Assembly: GCA_004022145.1 (NCBI GenBank)
Contig: RCNU01000002.1
From: Paecilomyces variotii
Taxonomy: Eukaryota
Reading direction: 5' to 3' (one strand)
DNA length: 64,000 bases
Part shown: positions 47,705 through 59,955 of the stretch, in pieces
Numbering within the stretch: position 1 is the stretch's first letter
How the letters are laid out: the number at the start of each line of letters is the position of its first letter
Position numbers and translations under genes: made by a program
The notes under the pieces: generated by a model
Databases searched by the model: none
What the model was told of the DNA's origin: nothing
Seen by the model: only the letters and a program-made list of their open reading frames with translations

Positions 47705-50700
47705 TCATCCATCCGAAAACCTCGATTTCCCAACTCGAACCTCCTCCATCACAGACGCAGCCATAGGCATTGGCCGACTAATAGCCACCATCTTCCTCCT
47801 ATCTCTCTCAGAATCATCACCGCCCTTCTCCTTCCCCTGCTGCACCCCCCGTCTCTCTAGCCACCATTTAACACCCAATAACGTCCCAAACGCATTAACG
47901 CCGCCCACGATCCCAACCCCAATCCCCACGAGGATCGGAAGCGGGATATTCTGAAGAATACAGAATGAAAAGGACCGAAGATCCGAAAAGCCTGATATCA
48001 TAGCTAGAAAAGATATACCGAGGAGGGTATATGTCATGACTGTGCTGATAGTTGTGATTTTCGCTTTAGCTTTATTGTTATTTTCGAAGATCATGGTGAT
48101 AGCATGCGAGAAGGCGAAAGAGAGGATCGTTAGGATTAGTGTTATTAGTCCTATGATCTGAGAGGTATCGTTAGGTTAGATTATCTCATTGCTACTGATG
48201 TGGCTCTTTTTTTCAAGAAGGGGCGGAAACATACTCCGTGAGCGGTGCGAAGATGGCGAGAGGAACCCATCCCGATGATACCGAGGATAGTTCCGGAGAT
48301 GGATAAGGGGAGATAGATGAAGTATTCGAGATATTTACTCCAGCGTTTTGATTTGTTGGTTCTTAATGGCTTGTTGCTTAGTTGGGCGATGCGTTCGATT
48401 AGATGAAGGGAGAGAATGGAAGGGAGGATGAAGAAATATGCTGATATGACGAATAGAACTGGTTTTGTTTTTTGGAAGTTAGTATGGGGGAGAAAAGAGA
48501 AGGTCAGTCGAACTGAGTTATAGAGTGAGTGAGTGTAATGATATATGGTAAACGTACCATGTAGCGCAGTGAGAACTGCGAATTTGACCACCGAAAGTCC
48601 GTTTACTGAAAGAGTGATTTTCTGCAGATCGATATTGAACTCGTTTCCTGAATTCTGGATAGTAACAGGGGTAGTTGGTAGACCGAGAGCAGATGAATTG
48701 AGGTCGTCAGTGGAGCTTATGCTTTGGGGGAGAGTCTTGCTTGCCATCAGTCCGCTTAGGACACCGAAAAGACCTCCTATGCCCTCGCATGTGAGTGCAT
48801 CGGAGGACTTTTGTAATAGGCTGTCTATGAGTGTGATGTTTATGGTTGAGAATATGCCGCCTGTTTGCGCTCTTTTTGCATGGACTGTTCTCGTTAGGTC
48901 TGGGTGTCCAATTGGACTTGGGGTTGTAGGTCCTGTGAGCCTGAGAAAAGGAGAGTCATCTCTTCTTTTCACAGTGGCAGCTTGAGTCGATCCCGTGGTG
49001 CCATTGTGAAGTAAGGACACCAGAAGAGCAACTCCCTCCCCTCCGAGTCCTCGACCGAACCCGGCTGCTGCGCCTCCCACGGAGTCGTTGAATGATATGG
49101 CGGACTGTCCAAAGGATGAATTTGGGATGACACTCACAACTCCGTTGCCATCGATGATGTTTTGCAGGCCTCCGGCACTGTCGATGGCATCAGCTGCTCC
49201 TCCAACTAATCCTCGGGCTAGTCCTTCTCCAACTTTGCCCAGGTTTATAGTCGAATCTCCTAGCAGGTTTCCAGACTGAGACATCAAGTTGTTGAGAGTA
49301 CCATTGGCAAGGAACGACTGGGACAATCCCTGAGCGAAGTCGCTCGTGATGGCTTCCACGTCCAAGCCAGAAGCTGAGGAGTCTGTGGCATCTGCTGTGT
49401 TTTCTGCTTTTTTCAACCCGAGCCCTATTGCTGCCCCTTTCCCAAGTCCGCTGCCTAGACCCAAAGCAGCAGGTTGGAGGATCTGGTCTATACTGAAATT
49501 GCCAAGAGGGTTCTGGCCTCCAATCTGGCTTGTGATGTCGGATAGATTCGCAGTTGAGAGAAAAGATGACGATAGACTCTGTGCGAAATCTTGGACCACT
49601 AAGGGAACATTTATCGAAGAGGAATCTCGAGCTGCTATTTGGGCTGACGCTTTAACCAGTCCAAGGCCTTGGGCGCTTCCTTGACCGAGTCCTGTTCCGA
49701 GAGCACTGGCTACGCCAGGTAATTGCGAAACAAGCGACTCCTGTATATTACCGGCTCCTGCAGTTATCGTGGATAGGTTTGCTGATCCCAGAAAGGAGGA
49801 TGATAGGCTTCTAGTAAAAAGCTCTGCGAAGCCCGGTATATCGACACTTCCGTTGGACCTTGCGGATAATGTATTTGCGGGAGACGACTTCGAGATTCCC
49901 AGACCTTGGGCAGCGCCCTCCCCTAAACCTTTCCCTGCTCCTCCTAACACGCCAGGCAGCTGTGCTAGGAGTGACTGCTGTCCATCCGTGGAGATGGCTG
50001 AGTTCAGGACTTTAGATAGGTTGACACTGCCAACGATGGGTTCGGATATTCCTAGTCCAACGTTACCGGCCAGAGACGCAAGGTCCGAGCTAGTGGATGG
50101 GGAGAAGTGTTTCTTGCTCAATCCTAAACCTGATGAAGTGCCGTTTCCTATCCCTTGTGCTAATGAGAAGACCGCCTGGCCGATGTTGAGATTGCTTGTT
50201 GACACCGCTGAGTTAAAGAGGGATGAAATATTGACGTTTCTTGCTATTGGTTCTGATATCCCAAGCCCTAGGTTGCCAGCCAAGGCAGCGAGATCTGAAC
50301 TATTCTGCGGCTGGAAGGAAGTATTGGAAAGTCGTAATCCTGACGATGTCCCATTTCCTATGCCCTGTGCCAAAGCGAAGGCGGCTAGACCCAGATTCTG
50401 CTGGTTGGATGGCATAACCGATCCCAAAAGTTGACTTATATTCACATTTCGTGCAATTGGCTCCGAGAGTCCCAGGCCGACATTTCCTGCCAAAGACGAA
50501 AGATCGGATCCGTTGGCTGGGGCAAAAGATGCATTGCTGAGTCTGAGACCAGATGATGTTCCATTACCTATACCCTGGGCTAAGGAAAAGGCAGCCTGAC
50601 CAAGACTTTGTTGATTTGATGGCATGAGAGAGCTCAGTATCTTACTGATATTGACACTTCCCGCAATCGGCTCGGAAAGACCAAGTCCCAGATTGCCCGC

Positions 50701-51567
50701 CAATGTCGATAAGTCGGAACCCCTCTGCGGTGAGAACGTACTGTTCGTTAGCCGCAAGCCTGATGATGTCCCATTACCTATACCTTGAGCAAGCGTGAAG
50801 GCGACCTGACCAAAATCCGTCTGTCCATTCAGTGGCAAGGCTTTAATGGCCAAGGGGACAATAGCAGCTGTCAAGCCACTTCCGAATTTTGTTGTCAATT
50901 GGTTTAACCCCGTTGGTTTCGCCCCATTCATCACAGCTGCAGAGCTAGCCATTGTAGATATCTGGTTCTGCGTACTGAGGTTAAGCCCCTGGGCCGTCCC
51001 AGCACCCAGACCAACACCTAAGGAGACCGCAAGATTGTCCAATCCACCAGTAAACCCGGAAAACAGCGACCCTACGCCTTTTTGAAGGAGATCATCGAGA
51101 ATGCCACTGCCCGATGAGTTGGACGTCGGTTGTCCTCCCGAGAGAATGCCTTTGAGGCCGCTTAGGAAGTCATCACTGTTACTTGATGAATCTGATCCTC
51201 CTCCAAAGAGATCACCCAGAAAACCACGTTTGGTGTTTTTCCGTTGTGATCTAGTAGCCTCTGCCAGTACGCGGTCAAGGTGAATGCTGGCAGACCTCAC
51301 TGTTGGCAAATCGAAGCGCTCAGAAACTTCCTTCGATATGTCGCTAAGACCTCTTGCAGCTGCAAATACATATCCAACTATATCTGGATCCGCCCGAGGC
51401 GATCTTGAGTCTTCTCGTGGTCGAATCACATATTTGCTGCTGATCTCCGCAGGGACCTGCTGAGAGCATAAAATAAGGAGCGTAAAAAGGATGAGACCAA
51501 GAAGACAAAGACGACCAAAGGACACACAGCTGGATAACGCATGCTTGTTCCCACCTGGAGCTGCCAT
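47705..51567 (-). CDS. Large uncharacterised glycine-zipper repeat membrane protein with a C-terminal cytochrome b561-like 5-TM domain (exons 51567-48558, 48458-48235, 48157-47705)
   Basis: N-terminal hydrophobic segment, a roughly 1000-aa G/S/L/A-rich region with 70-aa repeats, then TM helices ...TALHVLF...LP and HLRTAHGIIGL. Canonical GT-AG introns join the two ORFs. Confidence 0.8.
49990..50830 (-). repeat. Four tandem 210-bp coding repeats
   Basis: Homologous segments encoding AQGIGNGTSS recur at 50131, 50341, 50551 and 50761, an exact 210-bp period. Confidence 0.9.
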
Positions 51568-52841
51568 GCCTCGCGGACTATCGATCAAGGAATATTTTCG
51601 TGTCCAGCACGTCAAGAGAATGCAAAAGAAAAAGCGAAAAGAATGGACCCGCTGCCCAGAAGTTGGTGAGGAAGAACAGAAAAATAGAAACGGATTCGAA
51701 ACCAAACATCCTAATGCCTATCCCTAAGATCATGATTCACGAGATAGCGAGAAGCTAGAGCCTGATGCTACCTTGTTGTTATTGTTGTTGTCAGAAGCCT
51801 CGGTAAGGACAGACGAGTAGAACGGCCTGGTAATGAAACACGGGATGCTTCGAAAGATCTGAATTGGGCGAACTCACCACCTCGGAAACAAGTCGTAAAG
51901 TTTGAAGCAGTCTCAATTCCCTGTACATAAAATCTTTAGGAAAGGTCCAAGGCAGCTTTCACGTTTTGAAATCTAGAGTCAAGCCCGATAACGGGTGTTG
52001 ATTGATCCGGTCAAGGTCAGCTCCGCAACAATGGTAGGAGACGTAGATCCAGAACCAGTTAGTGCAATGAGTAGGCTCAGAAGCTATGTCTCGTAATCCC
52101 ATTGTTGTTGGCTGAGCTGTCTGAAGTCTAGAGAGGATGCGGGTGGACTTGAAACACTTCTCATGCTCAGTGCTGCAAGTTGCGATCCGCAGATGCAACC
52201 ATCCAAGGACCACTGAGGAGCGTGGCTTGGACGGTTACATCAACGATGGTTGTGCACTAATGGAAAGTCTCTCCACCAGTTGCTGTTATTTGCACCTCTT
52301 GACAACAGCCTTTACATTGAAACCCACCACGGCCTTATTTTCTAGTACAAAAACAACGTGAATTTCGATTCCTCGCTGGTAGTTACTGATAGATATAAGT
52401 GAAATGGAAACATGGGCATTATGTGTCTTTTAGGGCCTAGTTGATTCTTGGAATTCTGCATGGATGTAAGCATCATCCTGTTGCAACATCTTGTTTCGTT
52501 GATGCCTAGGGTCGTATGGCGAGGAATATTGCTCCGGCACGACCGGCGTTCCGCATGTTCAGGGCTTGTCCAAAAGCTGAGAGCGTGCTTGGTCTCTGAG
52601 TGCCGCGGAATTTTGAAGAGGAATGCTCTCAGGTGGTATTCTTTGGAGAGATCCAGGATGAATTGTGATCTACAAGACCAGCTCAAAAAAAAGTCTTGTG
52701 AGTCCTTCCACACAACGAGCGGAAGTATAACATGACAGCAAGAATATATCAGTCAATCAAGTATATACCAAAACTATAATGGTGTATCGTATAATCATCG
52801 TATACAAAAGAAAGATGAAAGAAGAAACCGTGAATCGTCAT

Positions 52842-55067
52842 CTACTCAATACGCTTGTACAGCTTCGCCTTCGACGGCGCACCGCTGGCCGAGCAGCAAG
52901 ATGCAGCATCCACTTCCTGGTGGAGTGTCGACTTGTTGAAGCTCTGGTCCGACGGAGGTACATCGAGAGCAGGGTTCTTGGTAAAGAAGCCATCAGGCTT
53001 GAGGTGAACGCTGATGCGTTCAACAGGCATCACGGGGAAATCCTCTATGCGAGGGTTGTGGGTGAGACCGAATGCTGTGGCGGATATTAGCTTGCAACTT
53101 GCACAAAGAGGAACTGGACTAGACTTACTGTGCCAGAGGACCACATCCTCGTTCTCAATTGGGTCGTTCCTCTGCACCCAGGTCTCGACACCGTCAGAGC
53201 TCTTGCTCTGGTTGGTGAACTCGCCGGCGGCGTAGAGTTCATTGTCCTGGTACTTGGTGACCCAGATGGGCTTTGATGCAAACTTGGCACGCTTGAAGTT
53301 GAAAGAATTCTCACCCATCAGCAGCATCTGGCTGGGCAGCGTCTGAAGCTTGTACGCCACCGGTTTGTAAGTGATGGGGTTAATGACGCTGTCGTTGCGG
53401 ATCTTGAACACACGGTGACGGTCAACGGCCGTGTTGGCAGTTCCGGAGGTCTTCAGAACAGTTTCTTCCGTCACGTAGCCAGCTCCGAACGGGTTGTCCT
53501 CGCCTGGAGGCATGGGGACACTGTCCTCATAGTAGATGGTGTTCTTGAATCCATCAATAGCCGGGTCAATACGGAAAGAAAACATGTGCTGGTGGAACGC
53601 AGCCACCACTCCCGGCGCAACATTAGTGCCCCACGGGACAGTTTCGCCGTTCTCATTATCCAAAGGCGCTGTCGACAGAATTCCGGTGGCACGGACCTCC
53701 AGTTCGATACCGGCAGCCTGGTCGAAGATGTAAGCGAAAATGTATTCATAGTTGGCGACGGTGCAGATCATCTGGACGACCAGCTGGCGGTTGCGCACCA
53801 CAGTAGCCAGGCCGCTACGGTAATTGGTGTGCTTGTGCTGCAAGCCATTGTCCTGCTCGTGAAGACAGATGACGTTCTTTAACTCGACAGGATTGCCCTT
53901 GGAGTCTGTTCGGTAGCCACCGAAGTATTTGATGTGGCCCAGGCAATCGCATCCAAGAGACAACTCGTTGGCCGTGATACCAAATCCGACATCACCGACA
54001 TCGAAAGCCTGCTTTCGATGGAACGGTCTTCGGGGATCTGCATGGAATCTGTCAGTGGCAATCCGCATCTCATCTCGGAGTATCGCTCTTACCTCCATAT
54101 GGGACAGTCATCTCGTTGAGCGCCAGACGGTAGAACAGGTTGCGTCCATCATAGGTAATGTTGTAAAGAACCAAGCCTTCGCGGTTGTTGAAGCCGACTC
54201 GGAACCGCCATTTCTGCCAGGTCACCACGTTGCCATCCAGCCCATAAGAGGGGCCCTCGGGCTGCTGGACAATGTAGGGCTTGAGATCCGTCCGCAGAGG
54301 CTCATCAAGGAGCTCGTGAGCATATTGCACCGTCTTCACCGGCTTCCACGGCTGGGTGCCCATAGTCTTGTGGTCAACGCCCGCGGGGAGGTAGTCCATG
54401 CGGACCAGTTCGTGAGTGATGCCATCGAAAACCGGCGAGAACTTGACGGGCGTCGAGTAGTGGTTGTTCTGGGGGTGGTCGACCTCCACGATATACATGT
54501 AGCACTGGAACAGGCGGCGGTTCTCATTCGGGTCATCGGTTCCGTAGATCCAAGGGTCATTGCAGACCGTCACCCCTGGCGGCAGCTTCAGCTTCTCGAT
54601 CTCAGCCAGCACTGCAGGATGCTGCAGACACAGCGACTCGATCTCGATCATCTCATCCACATCAACCGGGCCCTATCCCGATACAGTCAGCCAATGTCCT
54701 TCCTCCTAGCACGTCCACAAACGCTCACCTGGATGCTCTTGGGTAGCTCCTTGACATGGATCACAGACTTGGTGTCTGCATTGAGCATGGCCTTGTAAAA
54801 GGTCCCATTATCGAGGCGGTGGAACAAAGCCTGCAGCACACGGGCCGGCTTTGGAGGGAGCGGCTTTCCCAAGCGCTCCGCTTCGATATATGGGATCACG
54901 TCCTTCTTAGCAGGCTCCTGCACATCAATCTTCTTGTATCGCAGAGGAACTCCGGGGAATGACGCCTCCAAGATCTTGACTGCCAGCTGGATCTCTCCGG
55001 GAGTGAGAGGGTCAAAGGGGTGCAGTCCAGCAGACGCTGTCTGGGTGGAAGCTTGAGAGCCGGACAT
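52842..55067 (-). CDS. Copper amine oxidase (TPQ-dependent), 4 exons
   Basis: HPFDPL, QPEGPSY, AFDVGDVG, TVANYEY (TPQ consensus), HQHMF (Cu ligands) and HNPRIEDFPVMP. Confidence 0.96.
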
Positions 55068-55395
55068 CTTGTGGTCTCCAGTCTCAACAGCTTTGGCGAG
55101 AGTGAACAGAGAGGAAGTGGCAAGGACAGATGAATCTGACGGCAGCGAGGGAGGCGACAGGAAACTTATATACTGCAACAACCCGCGCCATCTCCATCGG
55201 TGGGACTGAAGTGTCGTGAGAGCTCCGGGAGAAGAAGTTGTCGACATCAGCGTGGACATTCCATATTGGGTCAAAGTTGCGCCGCCCGTGGGTCTGCAGC
55301 CAAAGATGGGCAATCAAAGCATCGGAATTTGGCTCTTATCGAGCGTTATCAGTCGGTCGATGATAGTGGGATGTCCGTCGATGATAATAATATAG

Positions 55396-55450
55396 TAGAT
55401 GTATCATAGATGTATCATGGATGTATTATAGATGTATTATAGATGCATTC
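55396..55450. repeat. 11-bp tandem repeat, 5 copies (TAGATGTATYA)
   Basis: tagatgtatca tagatgtatca tggatgtatta tagatgtatta tagatgcattc. Confidence 0.9.
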
Positions 55451-56021
55451 TATTAGCAGCGAACCCATCGATTCTTTCCATTTTATTTCCTTCAATGCCA
55501 CTGTTCCGAAGTGGTACTGTTCTGGCAGTGTAGCGTCATCTCAGCAAGCATCATTGTCCCTTCCGGAGTCCCTCGTGCTACGCTTACTATCTGGCGATAA
55601 GCCTTGCATTGTGTATAATGCTGAGCTTAGAATTCAACTTGAATCTCCCACAAGAAGATTGCCTCTGTCGATTAATTGTTCAACCACTTAATTCTCGACC
55701 GAAAAGATGTCCAGAGAAATCGCGCGTATCTTTTGCCCGATTAGGGCTAGCGTATCCCGTCCCCGCGTCTTCTGGTTCTCATGAATCCCCAAGTCGATGC
55801 TGACCGCTGTGAAATTTCCTCAGGCATCGTTGCTACTCGAAGTTGGTGCAGGATCATGTCTGGCGTCTATACCTCTCGCCGTTGTGGCCTAGTGGTATGA
55901 TCTATCGACCAGACAGACGCATCCTAGATCAGGAAATCCTTGCGCCGGCCCTATCACGACGCTCGATAGGTGCATCCGGATTCCGAACACTGTCAGACTA
56001 AAGCTAACATGAGTTGAAAAA

Positions 56022-57938
56022 ATGGAGTCGCCTGCCACGACTCCCAGTATCCAGTCGAGCTCTTCTGCGGGAAGATTGCCTGAGAAGGAGAAAGATGCGC
56101 AGTCGGACAGGAAGACGCCAACCAAAGGGCGGAAAAGACACCGTAGATCCGGTGAAAACTGGACACGGTCTGGCTGCTTAACATGCAAGAAAAGAAGAAA
56201 GAAATGCGATGAAACACGACCTAGGTAGGCTCCAGTAATCACACCCTGATTCCATTGCTTCCATTACTGGAATCGACATCATCAGTGACTGACGTTGGAA
56301 TCAGCTGTCTCAACTGTGCCAGATTAGGCCGTCCGTGCGAGGGCTACGGCACCATCTGGACTGAGCCACTTAATCCGTTTACTAATGTATTTCAGAAACA
56401 GACAAGCAGGAAAAGGCGAAAGCTTAGTTCTGCGTCTGCAGAAGGCCATGGAGTAGTCCAGGTCGAGGCGGGCAGCAAAGATGTGATATCGAGTCCATAC
56501 ACGCCTGGTCATGTTGCTGACTATGCATTTCCAACTACTCCTGGGTCAGATGTCACCGGCTCCGATGCAGGAACAGAAAATGGAACCCCATATCCTGAAA
56601 TTGACTTCATCCTCCCGAATCTTTTTGGGCCCCCGAGCCATCTGTCCAGTCCTGAGATGTATTACCTCCAATATCACACGGAGAGGGGATCCAAGTTGTT
56701 GACAAATCTGGAGATGGAGGAAAACCCCTTACGGGCAATCATCATCCCTAGGGCATTGTCCTCCCCGCTGGTCATGGATGCGCTCTGCGCTGTCTCTGCC
56801 ATTCACATGTCAAATTGGGCGCTACATCGTGATGCCGGTTCCCAGACAGCAGCAATGCAGTATTACGGTCGAACCATCAGCAGACTCAGAAAGGTTCTCA
56901 GTGATCCGGACGCGATCTCCTCTTGCATAGTTACCCCTGAAGAACTCGTTCTCACCATCGCCTGGTTGTGCAAGTACGAAGTCGTTCGAGGAAGTGTCAA
57001 GCAGTGGCGAGGCCATCTGGATGCATTACAGAACGTAATCACGTCGTGCGGTGGCTTTTCCGGACTTGACCCGGAACTAGCAGAATTTATCAGCGGGCTG
57101 TAAGAGCACTCCCTCAGGCTCGTGGATATACAAATTAACACGTCTGCAAGAATAACCTACATGCACAACATGTCTAAAGTCACCAGCCGCAAATACAACT
57201 CCGTCATGGTACCGTACGGCGCACACTCTGGTGCCCGCAAACTCGACACCTATCTAGGCTACACTGAAGATCTCGTCGCAATATGCGCACGAATTTCCAA
57301 CCTGTCCTTCTTGAGTAGCAACCCTCACGCCTTGGTCCTGGAGATCAGCGCAATGTCAGTACTCTCCGTCCTGAATTCCTGGGTAGACCTAACACTATCC
57401 CAGAACCAACGCTCTCGAAACATGGACTCCGACCAGTCGGACATACATCATGCCCAGGGGCATCACACCATCCATCCTCTCGCGACTAGAACTAGTCGCC
57501 CTCAGTTTCCGCTACGCTGCATTCATATACTTACACTCCGCCCTTGAGCGAATGGTATCCCAGCACCCTCATGTCCTTTCCATCCCTACCCTAACCAATC
57601 TCGTCCCCATCACGAAAGTAGACGCCATACAGCGCTGTCTAGCACTTATCGAAACGGCCCCTATCGATGATCACTGCGAGTACTCTGCTTTCGCCTTCCC
57701 TCTGTTCATGGCTGGATGTGAGAGCGAAGATGCAGCACAGCAGGCTTTCGTCTTGCAGTGTCTAGATCAGCTAGAACAGAATTTTGGCATCGGGAATGTC
57801 GGACGCGCGAAGGGACTCTTAAGACGTGTCTGGGGGTGGGAGGTTCATGGAGACAGGCATGAAGAAGGGATGGAGACGGTGCGGAGACACTGGCTGGATA
57901 TATTAGAGGATGCCGGCTGGGAGTTAATCATGGCGTAA
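56022..57938 (+). CDS. Zn(II)2Cys6 transcription factor with a Fungal_trans_2-like domain (4 exons)
   Basis: TRSGCLTCKKRRKKCDETRPSCLNCARLGRPC, NPLR..IIPRA, WRGHL, FPLFMAGCE and WLDIL. Confidence 0.92.
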
Positions 57939-58272
57939 AAGTTTCAACTGTGATAGTATTCATTTAATACTTAGACTATGACTATTACTGCAATACACTA
58001 TATGATGAGCTCGTACATGGAAATCTCTCAAAGTAACTCAAGCGGATAATGTACGGCACGGTCCCTCTTAGAAACATATCTAATCTGTAACGCGCATATA
58101 TTGATGTTCAAAAGCGATCGTCTCTCCTTCCATCCTACCAGGAGCCAACTCGAAAAAAAGAAAAAGTGAAGCATAAATAAAACATGCCATATTTCCCAAA
58201 TAGGAAATAACACATCTCACCCCTAGTTCAACTACATTGTAAATTGTAAACCACAAGAACCATACTTATCTA

Positions 58273-59037
58273 CTACGGAACATCCACCCCAGACACCTCC
58301 CTACAAATCCTCAACAACTCCTCCTGCTTACCGACATCACCAGCCCCCGAATGCGGCAACTCCTCACCTCTCGTCGTCGTAAAGAACGTCCCACTCTTCA
58401 AACTCGCCAACTTCCCCTTCCCAACCGCCCAATCCGCCAATATCTTCGCAGGCTGATCCGTCCCCCTAGGAGCCATCCTACCTCCCATCTTCGTCCTCAC
58501 CCACCCGGGATGCATACTCACCACCTGAACAGCATCACCCCATCGTCTCGCGAAGGCTTTTGCCAGCATCACATCATGCAATTTACTATCGCTATACGAA
58601 TGCGACGTAGTCACGTTCCGCAGACTCTCGTCGCCGCCATAGTGGCTATCTGAACTCATGTATAGGAGTCGCGATTTAGGCTTCTCCATTAGACATGTGA
58701 GGATGTATGGCGCGAGGGTATTCACGGAGAAGACGGCTGAGATGTGTTCTGCTGTGATTTCGCGGCTGGATGTGGAGCCGTAGCCAATACCTGCGTTGTG
58801 GATGATTGTGTCGAAGGGCCCGTGGGCGTTGGCGTCGGCGGCGAGGTGCTTCGTTTCGGAGATGGAGCGTAGGTCGCTGATAAGGACGGCTTCGGCTTTG
58901 GGGATGGATTGGCGCGTGGTGGAGGCGCGGTCGGCGTTGCGCGCGTGGAGGACAACTGAGTGGCCTTGGTCGGAGAGGAGTTTGGCTGTGGCGTGGCCGA
59001 TGCCGTCGCTGGATCCGGTGATGAAGATGCGTGCCAT
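58273..59037 (-). CDS. Short-chain dehydrogenase/reductase (intronless)
   Basis: ITGSSDGIG, IHNAG, YSDSK catalytic motif and HPGWVRTKMGG. Confidence 0.92.
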   Translation of the reverse strand: MARIFITGSSDGIGHATAKLLSDQGHSVVLHARNADRASTTRQSIPKAEAVLISDLRSISETKHLAADANAHGPFDTIIHNAGIGYGSTSSREITAEHISAVFSVNTLAPYILTCLMEKPKSRLLYMSSDSHYGGDESLRNVTTSHSYSDSKLHDVMLAKAFARRWGDAVQVVSMHPGWVRTKMGGRMAPRGTDQPAKILADWAVGKGKLASLKSGTFFTTTRGEELPHSGAGDVGKQEELLRICREVSGVDVP

Positions 59038-59955
59038 TGTGGTGGTGGTGGTTAACTTAGGTATTCTTTTCTTTTCTTTTGGGTAAGGAAAGAGATGGGG
59101 GTATGGTTAATTGGTGATATTGTCTGGATTGTGAATATGAAGTATCTACAGTACGAGTCGATGGATGTGATAGATAGATACGAGTATTAATTGCATCATT
59201 CCCCACCCCCGTCTGCGCTGAACCCCACATATGATATCCCAATCTCTATAAACTCTGAAAGTAACTACGTAGAATAAGTATGTAATGTTCACGATAATCC
59301 CCAGTCCTGCTCCAAGTCACAGGTAAGAAGGCGAATTAACCAGACGGAAGTCTAACATGCAATCATCATCTCCTCTGTAATCATCTCCAGACAGGGGTTA
59401 TCCACTCAATTGATGCACCACTTCTCTCCGTCAGTGCTATTACCGTCGGAGTTAGAGGGCGTTTCTGGCCATGTTCTTTATGCAGTGTCTAGTGGTAGAA
59501 AAGGAAGGCCGTGGGGTATTCGCATATATTTACCGGCTGGCTCCTTGAAGAGAGATTGGTTGGATTGGCGAAAAGATTCGATTCAGGGTTAACTGGGCAG
59601 TGCCTAGTGGTTCCCTGCTTGTAGGTTTTAATCACAACCGATACATGCATAAGGTAGGTCAGGAACGTATGTACATGTGTTGTCCCAGTTCGGTCAGGAT
59701 TAAAAAGGGCAGAGAACCTGATTGGCTGCGAGAAGTATATAGTTGCTTATGGCTTATGGCCAGAGAACCCTTGGTATGGATTGATTCGATTTGACCGGTT
59801 TTAGAAGCCGTTTGATAGAGCCCGTGACTTTCAGGCTGTGTGCAGAGATGTGAGATGGTCCTGAAAAGGTTTACTATAGGTCTATCTATATCCAAGTTCA
59901 ATATATATACTGGTAAAATTACAGAAGCAATTACAGAAGCAAAACAGTCTACAGC

